A stretch of DNA of 64,000 nucleotides from an uncultured Actinomycetes bacterium. Its GTDB lineage: Bacteria; Actinomycetota; UBA4738; JBBDTT01. A model generated the notes under the pieces. The model worked only from the letters and a program-made list of their open reading frames with translations. It did no database searches and was not told the DNA's origin. The position numbers and the translations under genes were made by a program. Shown in pieces: positions 21,537-31,937 of this stretch. Positions within the stretch are counted from its first letter, which is position 1. The number at the start of each line of letters is the position of its first letter. The DNA is taken from the NCBI GenBank assembly GCA_963742735.1, contig CAVUMN010000001.1, positions 192,001-256,000 of the forward strand. Reading direction: 5' to 3'.

Positions 21537-23818
21537 GCCGCCCCTCGCCCGGACCGGGTCCGTTCCCGGCGCTCGACGGCCACGAGCCACACCGCGACCA
21601 GCAGCAGGGCCGCGGCGGAGAGAGCGAGGCCCCGGCGGAGCCACGGGTCGTCGTAGCGAAGGACCACCGAGTGCGTGCCGGCGGTCACCGGGATCCCCTG
21701 GACGAATCCGTCGGCGACCAGGACGGGCGCGTCCCGCCCGTCGACCGTGGCCCGCCAGTTTCGCTCCCACGTCGTGCGGACGAGCAGGATCGCCGGGCGG
21801 GCCGCACGGACCTCGATGCGGGCCGTCTCCTCGTCCACGGCCTCGTAGTCGGCCTCTCCCGCGTCACCGGGGACGCCGGGCGAGCCGAGGCCCGGATCGT
21901 CCTCCAGCAGCACCGTCGCCGACGGGTCGAACTCGAGCCCGGCGACCTCGTCGAGGACCCGCTCCGCATCCATCACCCTCCACGACCCCACGACGGTGGC
22001 CCGCGGCGGCCCGTCGATCGGCCCGTACAGGCCCCACGGTCCGTCGCGAGCCACCGCGTCGGGCTGGTCCCCGAAGGTGGCCCCCTCGAACGCGCGCACC
22101 AGCCAGCGGACCGCCATCAGGTCCAGGAAGACCGGATCGAGCCTCGTCACCTCGGTGCGGTTGTACGTGACGGGGCCGGTGTGCAGCGCGCGGAACGCCG
22201 TCCAGAACCTCGCCAGCTGGATCGCCCGATAGCCGTTGACCCCCTCCAGCGCGAACAGCTGCGCCTCGTTCTCGATCAACGCCCGCGGATCGGGAGGGAA
22301 CGGGTGTCCGACGCCGAGGACGCGACCGCCGTCGCGGGCGATCCTGGCAACGATCGACGACGGCTCGACGGCCTCCGCCAGTGACGTGTCTGCGGGCTTC
22401 ATCGGACGCAGGATCTCAGGTGTGCCCCCGGCGGGAGGAAGACGGTCCACCCACCCGCGGTCCTCCAGCAGCGCCACCGGGGCGAGGATCTCCACCGCCA
22501 CCAGGACCGGCACGGCGAGCGCAACCGCGGGACGACGGACGCTCGTGGCCAGCAGGCCGGCCAGGACGGCCGCCCCCACGAGCAGGGGCAGCCCGAACCA
22601 CCAGGACGCCGCGGTAACCCCTCCGAGCGTCGCGAGGCCCACGGCCGTCCACACGAGGACCCTCGGCGCGGGACGCGACCGCGCAGCATCAAACCCCACG
22701 CCGGCCAGGGCGGCGATCGAGAGCAGCACTCCCATCGCCAGCCATTCGGGCGCGTGGAGGTACTGGTCCCCGCCCGGGATCGCCCCCATCGGGCCCTCCA
22801 GCGCCCGGGCCACGGGCTCGAGCGCCCCGACGTAGCACACGGCCCCCACGGCGGTCAGCGTGACCACCAGCGGCCGCCGCTCCCGGGCCATCCACGTCGC
22901 GGCGGCCAGGCAGAGCACGGCGGCCCCCAGGTACGGCCCGGGGACCCCCGCCAGCGAGCCGAGCCACCCCGGCTCGGCGGCGTGGCCCGGGATGGGCGGG
23001 CTGGCGACGCCGGTGAGGACCTCCGACAGCCGGGCCACACCGTCGTAGCCGGCGGCCAGGGAGGTCTGTCCGGCGAAGGCGATCCGCGGCACGAGGATGG
23101 CGCCGTTCACCGCGAGCAGGCCGAGCGCGAGCCCCCCGGCCCACGCCAGCGCTCGTCGCGGCGAGATTCGGCTGCGGACGACGACGACCACGAAGTAGCC
23201 GGCCAGCGCGAGCGTCCCGACGGCGAGGCCGGTCGTGATGTGTGACGACGCGATCTGACCCCAGGCGAGCGCGGTGGCCGCGAGCCACAGGATCCGCGAC
23301 GAACGCGTGGGGGCCCGGGCCGCGCGGGCGGCGCAGGCCAGCGCGATCGCCGTCCACGCCAGCGCCCCTGGAAAGCGAACGGTGACGGCGAGCCTGGTCG
23401 TCGCCAGGGGCAAGGCCAGGGCGAGCCCGCCGACCGTGGCCGCCGCCCGCGAGGCCCGCTCCGTTCGCAGGAACGCGTACAGGCCGAGCCCGGCGAGCAT
23501 GGGTTGGACCGCGACGAGCCACGCCGTCGCCCGGTCGGCGGGCAGCGACGTGAACAGGGCCATGGGGACGACCTGGAGCCAACCGGAATGGGGATCGGCG
23601 GCGAACGGCATCCCGCCGAGCACATGCGGGGTCCAGACCAGGACGTGACCGGCGCGCAGCGACCGTCCGAGCTCGGCGTACATGGGCAGCCAGTACCGAA
23701 CGATGTCGCCCGACGTCGAGAGGTTGCGAACCAGGAAGTCCCGCAGCGCCCAGGCCACGCCGGACACGATGAGGGCCGGTCCCGCGAGCATCGGGAGGGC
23801 CGCGCGAAGGCCGTCCAC
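21533..23818 (-). CDS. YfhO-family (GT-C) membrane protein, paralog of 16546-18870
   Basis: GDIVRYWLPMY...WTPHVLGGMPFAADPHSGW, DQYLHAPEW, WRATVDG...GIPVTAGTHSVVLRYDDP. Confidence 0.82.
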   Translation of the reverse strand: MDGLRAALPMLAGPALIVSGVAWALRDFLVRNLSTSGDIVRYWLPMYAELGRSLRAGHVLVWTPHVLGGMPFAADPHSGWLQVVPMALFTSLPADRATAWLVAVQPMLAGLGLYAFLRTERASRAAATVGGLALALPLATTRLAVTVRFPGALAWTAIALACAARAARAPTRSSRILWLAATALAWGQIASSHITTGLAVGTLALAGYFVVVVVRSRISPRRALAWAGGLALGLLAVNGAILVPRIAFAGQTSLAAGYDGVARLSEVLTGVASPPIPGHAAEPGWLGSLAGVPGPYLGAAVLCLAAATWMARERRPLVVTLTAVGAVCYVGALEPVARALEGPMGAIPGGDQYLHAPEWLAMGVLLSIAALAGVGFDAARSRPAPRVLVWTAVGLATLGGVTAASWWFGLPLLVGAAVLAGLLATSVRRPAVALAVPVLVAVEILAPVALLEDRGWVDRLPPAGGTPEILRPMKPADTSLAEAVEPSSIVARIARDGGRVLGVGHPFPPDPRALIENEAQLFALEGVNGYRAIQLARFWTAFRALHTGPVTYNRTEVTRLDPVFLDLMAVRWLVRAFEGATFGDQPDAVARDGPWGLYGPIDGPPRATVVGSWRVMDAERVLDEVAGLEFDPSATVLLEDDPGLGSPGVPGDAGEADYEAVDEETARIEVRAARPAILLVRTTWERNWRATVDGRDAPVLVADGFVQGIPVTAGTHSVVLRYDDPWLRRGLALSAAALLLVAVWLVAVERRERTRSGRGAA

Positions 23819-23824
23819 GGGTGA

Positions 23825-23834
23825 AGGCTATCCT
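23825..23834. promoter_or_regulatory. Overlapping back-to-back -10 elements (bidirectional promoter)
   Basis: AGGCTATCCT reads TAGCCT on the minus strand (6 nt before GTG 23818) and TATCCT on the plus strand (7 nt before GTG 23842). Confidence 0.65.
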
Positions 23835-23841
23835 TCGCGCG

Positions 23842-25767
23842 GTGACGCCCTGGTACCCAGCGATCGCGGCCCAGGCGGCGCTGGTGGCGGCCGGCCTGCT
23901 CGGGCTCGGGTACCTCATCGCCGACGCGGCCCTCCGCCGCTCCGAGGCCGACGTCCTCACGCGGACGGCGCTGGCGTTCCCCGCCGTCGCCGGGTTCGGC
24001 CTGGTCCTCACCTTCGCCCACATCGCCACGCGGGGGGCGGTGCTCTCGAACCCGGCGCTGGTCCGGGGGGTGACCGCAGCGCTGGCGGTCGTGCTGCTCC
24101 TCGAGAAGCTCCTCCGAAGGCGCCGGGCGCCGGCGTCCGGCCGCACCGCGGTGTGGGCGGCCGTCGCCGTCGTGGCGTTGGCCGTCGCCGTGTGGGGGCC
24201 GCCGCTGCTTCGGATCTTCCCCCTGGGCCGGCCCGCGGCCGACCCAGGCTGGCATGCCGGCTGGACGGCGCAGCTCCTCAACGGGCTGGCCACACCGACT
24301 GCGCCCATCTCGGGAAGCGTCCCGAACTACTACCCCTGGGGGTTCCACGGGATCCTCGCCTTCGTGTCGCACCTCACCCCGGGGGGCGGGGCGTTCCGGG
24401 CCCTCGGTCCGCTGCAGCTGGCGCAGGTGGCGGGCGTCGCCCTCGGGCTCTTCGCCCTGGGGCGGCAGATCGCCGGGCGGTGGCTGGGCGGTGCCTCCGT
24501 CGCCGTGTTCGGCTCGATGACCGCCGGCCTCGGCGCGATCGCGTTCGCGTTCCCCGGACTGCTGGACCGGACGCCCCAGTCCGGAGGACCTCGTCTGACG
24601 TACCACGCCGCCTTCCACAACCTGGCTCCGCCGCTGCCGCTCGACGTCGGCCTCGCCTTCCTGCTGGCGACCCTGCTGCTGGCCTCGGTCGGCGTGACCC
24701 GGGGCGGACGGGGATGGTTCGCGGCCGCGGGAACCGCCCTCGGCGCGGCCGGGCTCGTGTCGGCCGAGTCGTTCTTCATCGGGCTGGGCGTCGCGTTCCT
24801 GCTGTGCCTTCCGGCCGGGCCGGTGCCCAGGCGATGGCGCGCCGCGGCCCTCTTCGGTCCGGCACTCGGGCTGTGGTCGATCTGGCTGGTCCCCCTCGCG
24901 GCCTCCTACCTGCGGCTGGGCGGCTTCGTGAACACCACGATCCTCAGCGCGCCCGGCCCCTCGCCCTACGAGGTCGCGCTGTCGTGGGGATGGGCGATCC
25001 CCCTCGGGGCCTGGGGGCTGGTCCGGTGGGTGCCTCGAGCGAGGACCGACGCGGCGGCGAGGATCCCGCTGGCGCTGCCGGCCGCGGCGGCCATCGCCGT
25101 GGTGGCCTCCGCCGCCGTCCCGGAGGTCCTCGGCGAGGGGTTCATGGTCCTCGGCCGGGCCCGCCGGTACTGGCCGCTCCTGCACCTGGGCCTGGCGATC
25201 TACGCGGGCCTGGGGGCGGCGGACCTCCTCGGCATGCTGACCCGGCGTCCCGCCGCCATCGCCGCGGGAGCCGTGGTCCTCGCCCTCGCCCTGGCCCTGC
25301 CCGTGCCGATGCGCGTGTCCTACCGGCTCGCCTCGCAGACCCCCCGCTCGCCGGAGGTCGAACGGGCGCTCCTCGGCGACCCCGGCGAGGTCGTCTCGCT
25401 GGTGGCGCGGGCCGGGCGCCGGCCCTGCGTGGTGGCCGCGCCCTCCCGCCTGACCGTTCCGATCTTCACCGTCACCGGGTACCGGCTCGTGCTGTATGCG
25501 GCGGGCTCCGGCGCTCGGGCCGGCAATGCCGCACGGATCCGATGGCGCGACGTCTACGACACGATCCCTCCAGAATCCGAGCGAGTGACGGCGAACGAGG
25601 AGCTGGTGGGCGGAGGACCGGACCTGCGACGGTGGATCGAGGCGTTCGGCGTGGACGTGATCGTGGCCGAACCGGACGCTCCGGCCGCCCCCTACGCCGG
25701 CCTCGAAGCGGAAGGCCGATCGTCGGACGGCACCCGCGTGTACCGGACGGGCGACTGCGATGGCTGA
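23842..25767 (+). CDS. Polytopic membrane protein, putative GT-C glycosyltransferase
   Basis: ADPGWHAGW...NYYPWGFH first-loop motif, about 13 TMs, C-terminal soluble domain. Start moved from 23821 to the in-frame GTG at 23842 on promoter geometry. Confidence 0.62.
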   Translation: MTPWYPAIAAQAALVAAGLLGLGYLIADAALRRSEADVLTRTALAFPAVAGFGLVLTFAHIATRGAVLSNPALVRGVTAALAVVLLLEKLLRRRRAPASGRTAVWAAVAVVALAVAVWGPPLLRIFPLGRPAADPGWHAGWTAQLLNGLATPTAPISGSVPNYYPWGFHGILAFVSHLTPGGGAFRALGPLQLAQVAGVALGLFALGRQIAGRWLGGASVAVFGSMTAGLGAIAFAFPGLLDRTPQSGGPRLTYHAAFHNLAPPLPLDVGLAFLLATLLLASVGVTRGGRGWFAAAGTALGAAGLVSAESFFIGLGVAFLLCLPAGPVPRRWRAAALFGPALGLWSIWLVPLAASYLRLGGFVNTTILSAPGPSPYEVALSWGWAIPLGAWGLVRWVPRARTDAAARIPLALPAAAAIAVVASAAVPEVLGEGFMVLGRARRYWPLLHLGLAIYAGLGAADLLGMLTRRPAAIAAGAVVLALALALPVPMRVSYRLASQTPRSPEVERALLGDPGEVVSLVARAGRRPCVVAAPSRLTVPIFTVTGYRLVLYAAGSGARAGNAARIRWRDVYDTIPPESERVTANEELVGGGPDLRRWIEAFGVDVIVAEPDAPAAPYAGLEAEGRSSDGTRVYRTGDCDG

Positions 25768-27487
25768 GCCGGCGCGGCGCTGGGTGGCGCCCCTCGTGGC
25801 GGGGATCGCGGTCACGGCCGTCGGCCTCGTGTTCGTCCTCCCCTATCTCGCGGAGGAGCTTCGCTTCCCGCTGGGATGGGACTCGCCCTTCTACGTGTGG
25901 CGCACGGCCGCCGTGGGCGTGGACGGCCTGGACCGGATCGGCGGAGTGCGACCCGCGACGCCGCTGTTGTTCAACGCGCTGGCCGGGCTCACGGGAAACG
26001 ACGCGTTCACCGTCGCCGCGATCGGGCCGGCCCTCCTTGCCGCGGTGGCGGGGCTGGCCGCGGCGGGCCTGCTCCGTGCGGCGTACGACATCGGACCGGG
26101 ATGGATCCCTCCGATGGCCGTGCTCGCCTGGATCGGCTTCGGACATCCGGGCATGGTCCGCGAGCAGCCGGACAACGTGCTGAACGCGGCGCTCACCCTC
26201 GGTGCCATGGCCGCCGCCGTCGCCCACGTCCGGTGGGGCGGCGGGTGGTGGGCGGTCACCGTGCTGCTGGCGGGCGCAGGGCTCGCCCACTGGCCCTTCT
26301 TCGTCCTCGGGGCCGCCGTGCTCGTCCTCGGGGCCGCGGCGTTCGCGGGCCGGCGCCTGGTCGCGGCCCGGGGGGAGGACGAGGAGCGGGATCGGGCCCG
26401 GGGCCTGATCGGCGCGGCGGCGGCGGCGGCCGGCGCGGTCGGAGGCGCGTTGCTGTGGCGCCCGGCCAGCGCCTGGACGACCCCGCAGCTCGAGGCCCTC
26501 AAGGACGTCCTGAAGGACCGGTTCCTCCGGCGGGCCGGGGACCCGCACCGGCTTCCCGTGCTCCCGCTCGCCGGGGCCGGGCTGGCCGTGGCCAGCCGGC
26601 GGCGGGACCGCCCGGAGCGACGGCTGTTCCTCTTCCTGATGCTGGCCTGGATCGGGCTCACCGCCGTCGGCGCGGCGCTCCAGGCGGCCGGCGTGCCGAC
26701 GGCGGGAGTCCGGCTTTTGAACTACCTGTTCCCGCTCACGCTGCTGACCGGCGTGCTGGTCTGGTGGATCGGCACCAGGCTCGGGACGCGCGGCGCGATG
26801 GCCGCGGCGGGCCTCGCCCTGGCCGGCTTCGGCGCGCTGGCGATTCCCTTCCAGCTCGACGGCCGCACCTGGTACGAGCCCGCCGCCGTCCGGCAGATCG
26901 CGTCCGCGGGGGCCTGGCTCGAGGCGAACGCGCCGGGAACCCTCGTCGCGTTCACGGTCGCCGAGGACGGAGACGTCCTGACCCGGGAACGCCGCCGGAA
27001 CACCATCCTGGCCGCGTTGCCCCCGGGGGTCGCGCGGTACACCTCGGTCTCCGATACGGCGCAGGGGCACATCTTCGTCGCGGTGCGCGCCTACGACCCG
27101 GACGGCCACGACTTCCTGCTGCGCATCGGCGGCCGCGAGATCGCCCCGGGGGTCGCGGCCGGAGGCGACCTGGGATCCGCGCCGGCCCGGGCGCTCGTGG
27201 AGGGTCCCTCGGCGCGAACGGACGCGCGGACCGTCGCGCTCGTGGTCGTCCTGGGCGGGGCGGCGCTGTTCGCCGCCGGCCTCGGGTGGGCGATGACCCT
27301 CCTGCCCGAGGACCGACTGCTGCGATGGACCCTCGCGCCCGCCCTGGGAGCCGCGGCGGCCAGCGTCATCGGTGTCGCGTGGGCGGCGACGGGCCTCACC
27401 CTGGACGGCGTGGCGGGCGCGGGCCCCCTGGCGTTGTCGGCGCTCGCCGGCGGCGGCCTTGCGCGCTGGCGGCGGAGGGAGGCCTAG
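25760..27487 (+). CDS. Polytopic membrane protein, putative GT-C glycosyltransferase
   Basis: PLGWDSPFYVW...RP first-loop acidic motif, many TMs. Paralog of 29874-31937. Confidence 0.65.
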   Translation: MAEPARRWVAPLVAGIAVTAVGLVFVLPYLAEELRFPLGWDSPFYVWRTAAVGVDGLDRIGGVRPATPLLFNALAGLTGNDAFTVAAIGPALLAAVAGLAAAGLLRAAYDIGPGWIPPMAVLAWIGFGHPGMVREQPDNVLNAALTLGAMAAAVAHVRWGGGWWAVTVLLAGAGLAHWPFFVLGAAVLVLGAAAFAGRRLVAARGEDEERDRARGLIGAAAAAAGAVGGALLWRPASAWTTPQLEALKDVLKDRFLRRAGDPHRLPVLPLAGAGLAVASRRRDRPERRLFLFLMLAWIGLTAVGAALQAAGVPTAGVRLLNYLFPLTLLTGVLVWWIGTRLGTRGAMAAAGLALAGFGALAIPFQLDGRTWYEPAAVRQIASAGAWLEANAPGTLVAFTVAEDGDVLTRERRRNTILAALPPGVARYTSVSDTAQGHIFVAVRAYDPDGHDFLLRIGGREIAPGVAAGGDLGSAPARALVEGPSARTDARTVALVVVLGGAALFAAGLGWAMTLLPEDRLLRWTLAPALGAAAASVIGVAWAATGLTLDGVAGAGPLALSALAGGGLARWRRREA

Positions 27488-28914
27488 GGCGGGAAGCCGA
27501 CCGGTGCGTCCGGCGGTGGCGGATCGCACAGCGCTCGAGTCCGGTCGCGGAGCTCGTTGAGCGACTCCCGGTACCTCGGGGCGGCCGCCACGTTGTTCAG
27601 CTGGTACGGGTCCCGGAGCAGGTCGTAGAGCTCCTCCTCGAGCGTGAAGTACCGGACGTAGGTGAACCGGGTGTTGCGGATCCCGCAGTAGGAGGGGACC
27701 GAGAGCACCCCCTCGTCCTCGCGATGTTCGATCAGGAAGTCGGAGCGCCACTCCAGGAAGGGCTTGCCGAAGAGCGGGATCAGGCTGCGCCCGTCGGCGT
27801 GCGGGAGCGCCGCCCCGGTGAGCGCGGCGAACGTCGGCGCGAGGTCGACGTTCAGCACGAAGTGGTCGTCGGTCCGGGCCTCGTCCATCAGCCGGTCGTA
27901 CCGGATGATCATCGGGACGTGGATGTCGTGGTCGTACGGCGTCTGCTTGTTCTTCCAGCGGTGCTCGCCCCAGCCGTACCCGTTGTCCGAGGTGAACACG
28001 ATCAGCGTGTTGTCGAGCCGGCCGCTCTCGCGGAGGGCCTCCACGATCCGGCCGACCGCCCGGTCCACCGGCTGCAGGCTCTGGAGCTGCCGGCGCCGGA
28101 TCGTCGGGATCACGTTGGGCCCGAGCGGCGAGAGGTCCCGCACCCACTTGGGCTTGTCCGCGACGTCTGGCTCGTTGTACCCGGGAGGATGCCAAGGCGG
28201 CAGGTCCGTGAACTTCGACTCGTCCTGCTCGGCCGGCGTCGACGGGATGTGCGGAGCCGTCGGGGCGAACTGGAGGAACAGCGGGCCCCGGGCGTCCTCG
28301 ATGAACTCTACCGCCCGGTCGGCCATGACGTCGGTCGAGTAGTCCTCGAAGTCGTGGCCGAAGAAGTCAAGGCGCCCGTCGTCGTTCGCGAAGTAGTCGT
28401 AGTACAGCTCGCGCTGCCGGTAGGGCGCCTTGCCCGAGAACGCGAACCACCGGTCCCAGCCCGGCGGGACGTAGGTGCCGTAGTAGCCGTTGAGGTACTT
28501 GCCGACGTGGCCGGTGGTGTACCCGGCCTCCTGGAGCCGGGTGGCGATGGTGTCCTGGTCGGCGAACGCCGTGAACCCGCCGTACGGCGGGCGGTTCGAC
28601 CACACCCCGGTGGTGTGCGAGTACTGCCCGGTGAGGATGCTCGCGCGGCTGGGGCAGCAGATCGAGTTCACGACGAACGCGTTGCGGTAGGTGATCCCGT
28701 GGCCGCCGAGCTCCCGGCGGGTGATGGGCATCGCGAACATCGTGTCGGCCCGCTGGTCGTCGGTGAGGATGAGGACGATGCTCGGCCGCCGGCGGTCCTG
28801 AGCGGCGGCCTGGTCGAGGGTCCGGTCGACGGCCACCGCGCCGCCGGCCAGCATGGCCGAAGCCACGGCGAGCACCAGCAGGCGGAACGCGTTGGTGTCG
28901 GTGAACCGGTACAT
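27484..28914 (-). CDS. Cys-type (formylglycine) sulfatase, GlcNAc-6-sulfatase-like, exported
   Basis: N-terminal signal/TM. RPSIVLILTDDQR, CCPSRASILTG (CxPxR), GKYLNGY, FTSDNG, NVDLAPT, ELYDL..DPYQL. Confidence 0.93.
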   Translation of the reverse strand: MYRFTDTNAFRLLVLAVASAMLAGGAVAVDRTLDQAAAQDRRRPSIVLILTDDQRADTMFAMPITRRELGGHGITYRNAFVVNSICCPSRASILTGQYSHTTGVWSNRPPYGGFTAFADQDTIATRLQEAGYTTGHVGKYLNGYYGTYVPPGWDRWFAFSGKAPYRQRELYYDYFANDDGRLDFFGHDFEDYSTDVMADRAVEFIEDARGPLFLQFAPTAPHIPSTPAEQDESKFTDLPPWHPPGYNEPDVADKPKWVRDLSPLGPNVIPTIRRRQLQSLQPVDRAVGRIVEALRESGRLDNTLIVFTSDNGYGWGEHRWKNKQTPYDHDIHVPMIIRYDRLMDEARTDDHFVLNVDLAPTFAALTGAALPHADGRSLIPLFGKPFLEWRSDFLIEHREDEGVLSVPSYCGIRNTRFTYVRYFTLEEELYDLLRDPYQLNNVAAAPRYRESLNELRDRTRALCDPPPPDAPVGFPP

Positions 28915-28919
28915 GGAGC

Positions 28920-29831
28920 TCAGCGCTCGCGCATCCACGCCACGGTTCGAGCGAGGCCCGCGTCCAGGTCCACCCGGGGACGCCAGCCCATGGCCCGCTT
29001 GATCCCCTCGTAGGAGACGAAGTTGCGGGCGGGGTCCGCGGGCCGGGCGGGCCGCCGCTCGATCTGGAGCGGGACGTCGCAGGCGTCCGCCACCCGCTCG
29101 GCGAGCTGGAGCACCGAGGTCTCCACGCCCGTCCCCAGGTGGTAGGTGCCGGGCCGCTTCGCGGCGAGCGCCTTCTCGACCGCCCGGCACACGTCCTCGA
29201 TGTAGATGAAGTCTCGGGTCTGCTTGCCGGTGCCGTAGACGACCAGGGGTGCGCGGCGCAGGGCCCGCCGCAGGAACGAGGCGATCACGCTCTTCTTGTG
29301 GGCGCTGAGCGGCCCGTAGACGTTCGAGAACCGCAGCGCGATCCCCACGATACCGAAGGCGGCCGCGGCCGCCGTGATGCCCTCGCCGTAGAGCTTCGAG
29401 GCGCCGTACGGGGACATCGGCTGGGGCGCCATGTCCTCGCGCAGGGGCGGGGTCGCCCCGGCCAGAACGGCCCCCGAGGACGCGAAGATCACGTGGGACC
29501 CGGCGGCGCGGCGGACGGCGTCGATCACGTTGAACGTGCCCTGGACGTTGACCCGGTAGTCGACCTCGGGATGCGAGACCGAGTCGGCGACCCCCGGCTT
29601 CGCGGCCAGGTGGACAACCGCGTCGGTTCCTTTCATCGCCCTGCGCAGGGCGCTCGCGTCCTCGATCGACGCCTCCACGGTTCGGGCCGGTCCGCCCCTC
29701 GAGCCCCACCAGGCAGGGCGGGCTCGTGCCGACAGGTCGTCGAACGCCACCAGCTCGTGGCCGGCGGCGGCGAGGTGCTCCACGAGGTTCGCGCCGACGA
29801 ACCCCGCGCCACCCGTGACGAGGACGCGCAT
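28920..29831 (-). CDS. NAD-dependent nucleotide-sugar epimerase/dehydratase (GalE-like)
   Basis: MRVLVTGGAGFVG, HLAA, PYGASK (YxxxK), RFSNVYGP, QTRDFIY. Confidence 0.9.
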   Translation of the reverse strand: MRVLVTGGAGFVGANLVEHLAAAGHELVAFDDLSARARPAWWGSRGGPARTVEASIEDASALRRAMKGTDAVVHLAAKPGVADSVSHPEVDYRVNVQGTFNVIDAVRRAAGSHVIFASSGAVLAGATPPLREDMAPQPMSPYGASKLYGEGITAAAAAFGIVGIALRFSNVYGPLSAHKKSVIASFLRRALRRAPLVVYGTGKQTRDFIYIEDVCRAVEKALAAKRPGTYHLGTGVETSVLQLAERVADACDVPLQIERRPARPADPARNFVSYEGIKRAMGWRPRVDLDAGLARTVAWMRER

Positions 29832-29873
29832 GACCCCGATGTTCCCACGCAGGGAGTTGATACCGTTGGAGCC

Positions 29874-31937
29874 GTGCAAGCTGAGACGACGACCGGCGCG
29901 CCGCCCCGGTCCGAGAGCCCCGTCCCCCCGCCCTCCCCCGGAAGCGACCACGGCTGGATCGCGTCCGCGGCCGCCCTCGCCGCGGTGGCCGTCGTCATCC
30001 TGAGCTTCTTCCTCTCGGTCTACGTCCGTCGCGACATCCCGGTGCCCCTCGGGTGGGACACGTCGCGCTACCTGTGGCAGACGTCGTTCGTCCAGGTGGA
30101 GGGCCTCGAGGCTCTCCGTGAACCCCTTCCCCCGCCGTTCAAGACCAGCCTGTCCCGCCCGGCGTTTCCGATCATCGCGGCGACGACCTCCTCGATGACC
30201 GGCGTCTCGGCGTTCCGGGTGGCGGCGGTGCTGCCCTCGGTGCTGGCTCTGGTCATCGGCGCCGCGGCGGGGGCGTTCGTGACCGCCACTCTCCGCCGCC
30301 CGCTGTGGGAGCTCGGGGCCATCGCCGTCGCGGTGGGGACGTGCGCGTACGTCGTTCGTCTCGCCGCACCCGAGGCCTACCAGGACAACATGTCCGCGGC
30401 GGCCATCGTCCTGGCCGCGGCGGTCCCGATCACGTTCGCGGTTGCGGGCGTCCGCCGCATGCTCGTTCCGGCGATCGTCCTGCTCGCCGCCGGCGCGGTG
30501 ACCCACTGGGTGTTCTTCCTGTTCTTCGCCGGCGTGCTCGGGCTGGCCGGGCTGGGCCTGCTTCCCGGGTCCTGGCGGCAGTGGCGATCGGGCCGTCCCC
30601 TGTGGGAGACGCCCCTGGCCCGGCTGAGCGCCATCACGATCGGGGGCGGCGCGCTGGGCGCCGCAGCGATCTTCGGGGTCCTCGGCGCCGCGCCCGAACG
30701 GCCGAAGTTCTCCTACCCGGAGTTCCGCAAGAAGCTTCGCCTGGACATCCCGAAGTACCGGTTCGCGGTGGCGCTTCCGCTGGCGGCGGTGGGCGCCGCG
30801 TCGCTGTTCCTCGACCGGGTGTTCGGCAAGGCGTCGAACGCCGACCAGTCCGCCCGGGAGGGCGAGCCGGAGGCGACCCGACGATTCGTCGCCATCCTGT
30901 TGGTCGCCTGGGTGGCGTTCGCGGCACTCGGCGTCGCCGCGTTCCTCGCCGGCCGCCTGCTCCCCGCCCATCGGTTCCTGGCCTTCGCCCTGGCCGTCCC
31001 CCTTCTCGGGATCCTCGGGGTGCTGGCGATCGGACGGCTCGTGGCCGGCCGGCCGGGCACGCCGAACCGGCGGGTTCGCGTGCTCCTGGGAGCCGCGGTC
31101 GTCCTCGCCGTCGTCGGGGTATCCGCCACCACGTCGTACGCGACGTGGGAGGACCAGCCGACGTGGGCGCGGATGGACCGCGACAAGGTGACCCAGGCCG
31201 CGCTGGCCGGGGCCTACCTCGACCGCCTGGGGACACCCGCCGAGGAGCCGTTCGTGTTCATCGTCGACGACCGCGGGCCAAATCCCGACGCCTACGTCGG
31301 GCTGATGACCCACATGATCCGCGCGTCCCTGCCGGCGGAGCGGCTTCGGGCCCTGCACATCTTCGTGGGCGACCCGGAGGACTTCCTGGCCCGCCGGCCG
31401 TCCGACGACGGGACCGGGCAGCACACGGCCGTCTCCCGGCGGTTCCTCGAGAACCTCGAGCCGCTGCTCGATGAACGGCCGATCGCCTTCGTGGCGGCCG
31501 CACTCAACGACCACTCCTGGGGCGGATGGATCGCCGCCCACCCGGATTCGCGGATCGGCTCGGACGTGGCGATCGTCCAGGGTCCGGAGACGGGCACGCT
31601 GCTGGACGTCCCGCCGATCGCGATCGGACCGCTCCCCGCGTACCAGTGGGTCGCGTTCGCCGGCGGGATCGCGTGCCTCTACGGGCTGACCGGGCTGGGC
31701 TGGACCCTCGCCATCTTCGGATCGCGGGTCCGCCGGTTCGAGGCCCTGGCCCTCTCGCCCGCCGTCGGGCTGGCCGCGATCGTCCTGGCGGGCGTCGTGG
31801 CCGACCGGCTTGGTGTGCGGCTGATCGGCGTTCCGGGAGCGGCGGTCGCCCTCGTGGCCGGGCTGGTGGGGTGGGCGGCGTGGCCGCTCACGCGTCGCCG
31901 GGCTCGCCGGGCGACAGCCCCGACCGAAGCCGCCTGA
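29874..31937 (+). CDS. Polytopic membrane protein, putative GT-C glycosyltransferase
   Basis: [11 protein letters not shown]...RP, DN, THW motifs shared with 25760-27487. TACCGT lies 7 nt before the GTG. Confidence 0.65.
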   Translation: MQAETTTGAPPRSESPVPPPSPGSDHGWIASAAALAAVAVVILSFFLSVYVRRDIPVPLGWDTSRYLWQTSFVQVEGLEALREPLPPPFKTSLSRPAFPIIAATTSSMTGVSAFRVAAVLPSVLALVIGAAAGAFVTATLRRPLWELGAIAVAVGTCAYVVRLAAPEAYQDNMSAAAIVLAAAVPITFAVAGVRRMLVPAIVLLAAGAVTHWVFFLFFAGVLGLAGLGLLPGSWRQWRSGRPLWETPLARLSAITIGGGALGAAAIFGVLGAAPERPKFSYPEFRKKLRLDIPKYRFAVALPLAAVGAASLFLDRVFGKASNADQSAREGEPEATRRFVAILLVAWVAFAALGVAAFLAGRLLPAHRFLAFALAVPLLGILGVLAIGRLVAGRPGTPNRRVRVLLGAAVVLAVVGVSATTSYATWEDQPTWARMDRDKVTQAALAGAYLDRLGTPAEEPFVFIVDDRGPNPDAYVGLMTHMIRASLPAERLRALHIFVGDPEDFLARRPSDDGTGQHTAVSRRFLENLEPLLDERPIAFVAAALNDHSWGGWIAAHPDSRIGSDVAIVQGPETGTLLDVPPIAIGPLPAYQWVAFAGGIACLYGLTGLGWTLAIFGSRVRRFEALALSPAVGLAAIVLAGVVADRLGVRLIGVPGAAVALVAGLVGWAAWPLTRRRARRATAPTEAA

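Noticed and set aside
31888-31937. 50-bp convergent overlap of thiE and the GT-C gene
   Set aside because: Short tail-to-tail overlaps are common in compact GC-rich genomes, and only non-conserved C-terminal tails are involved.
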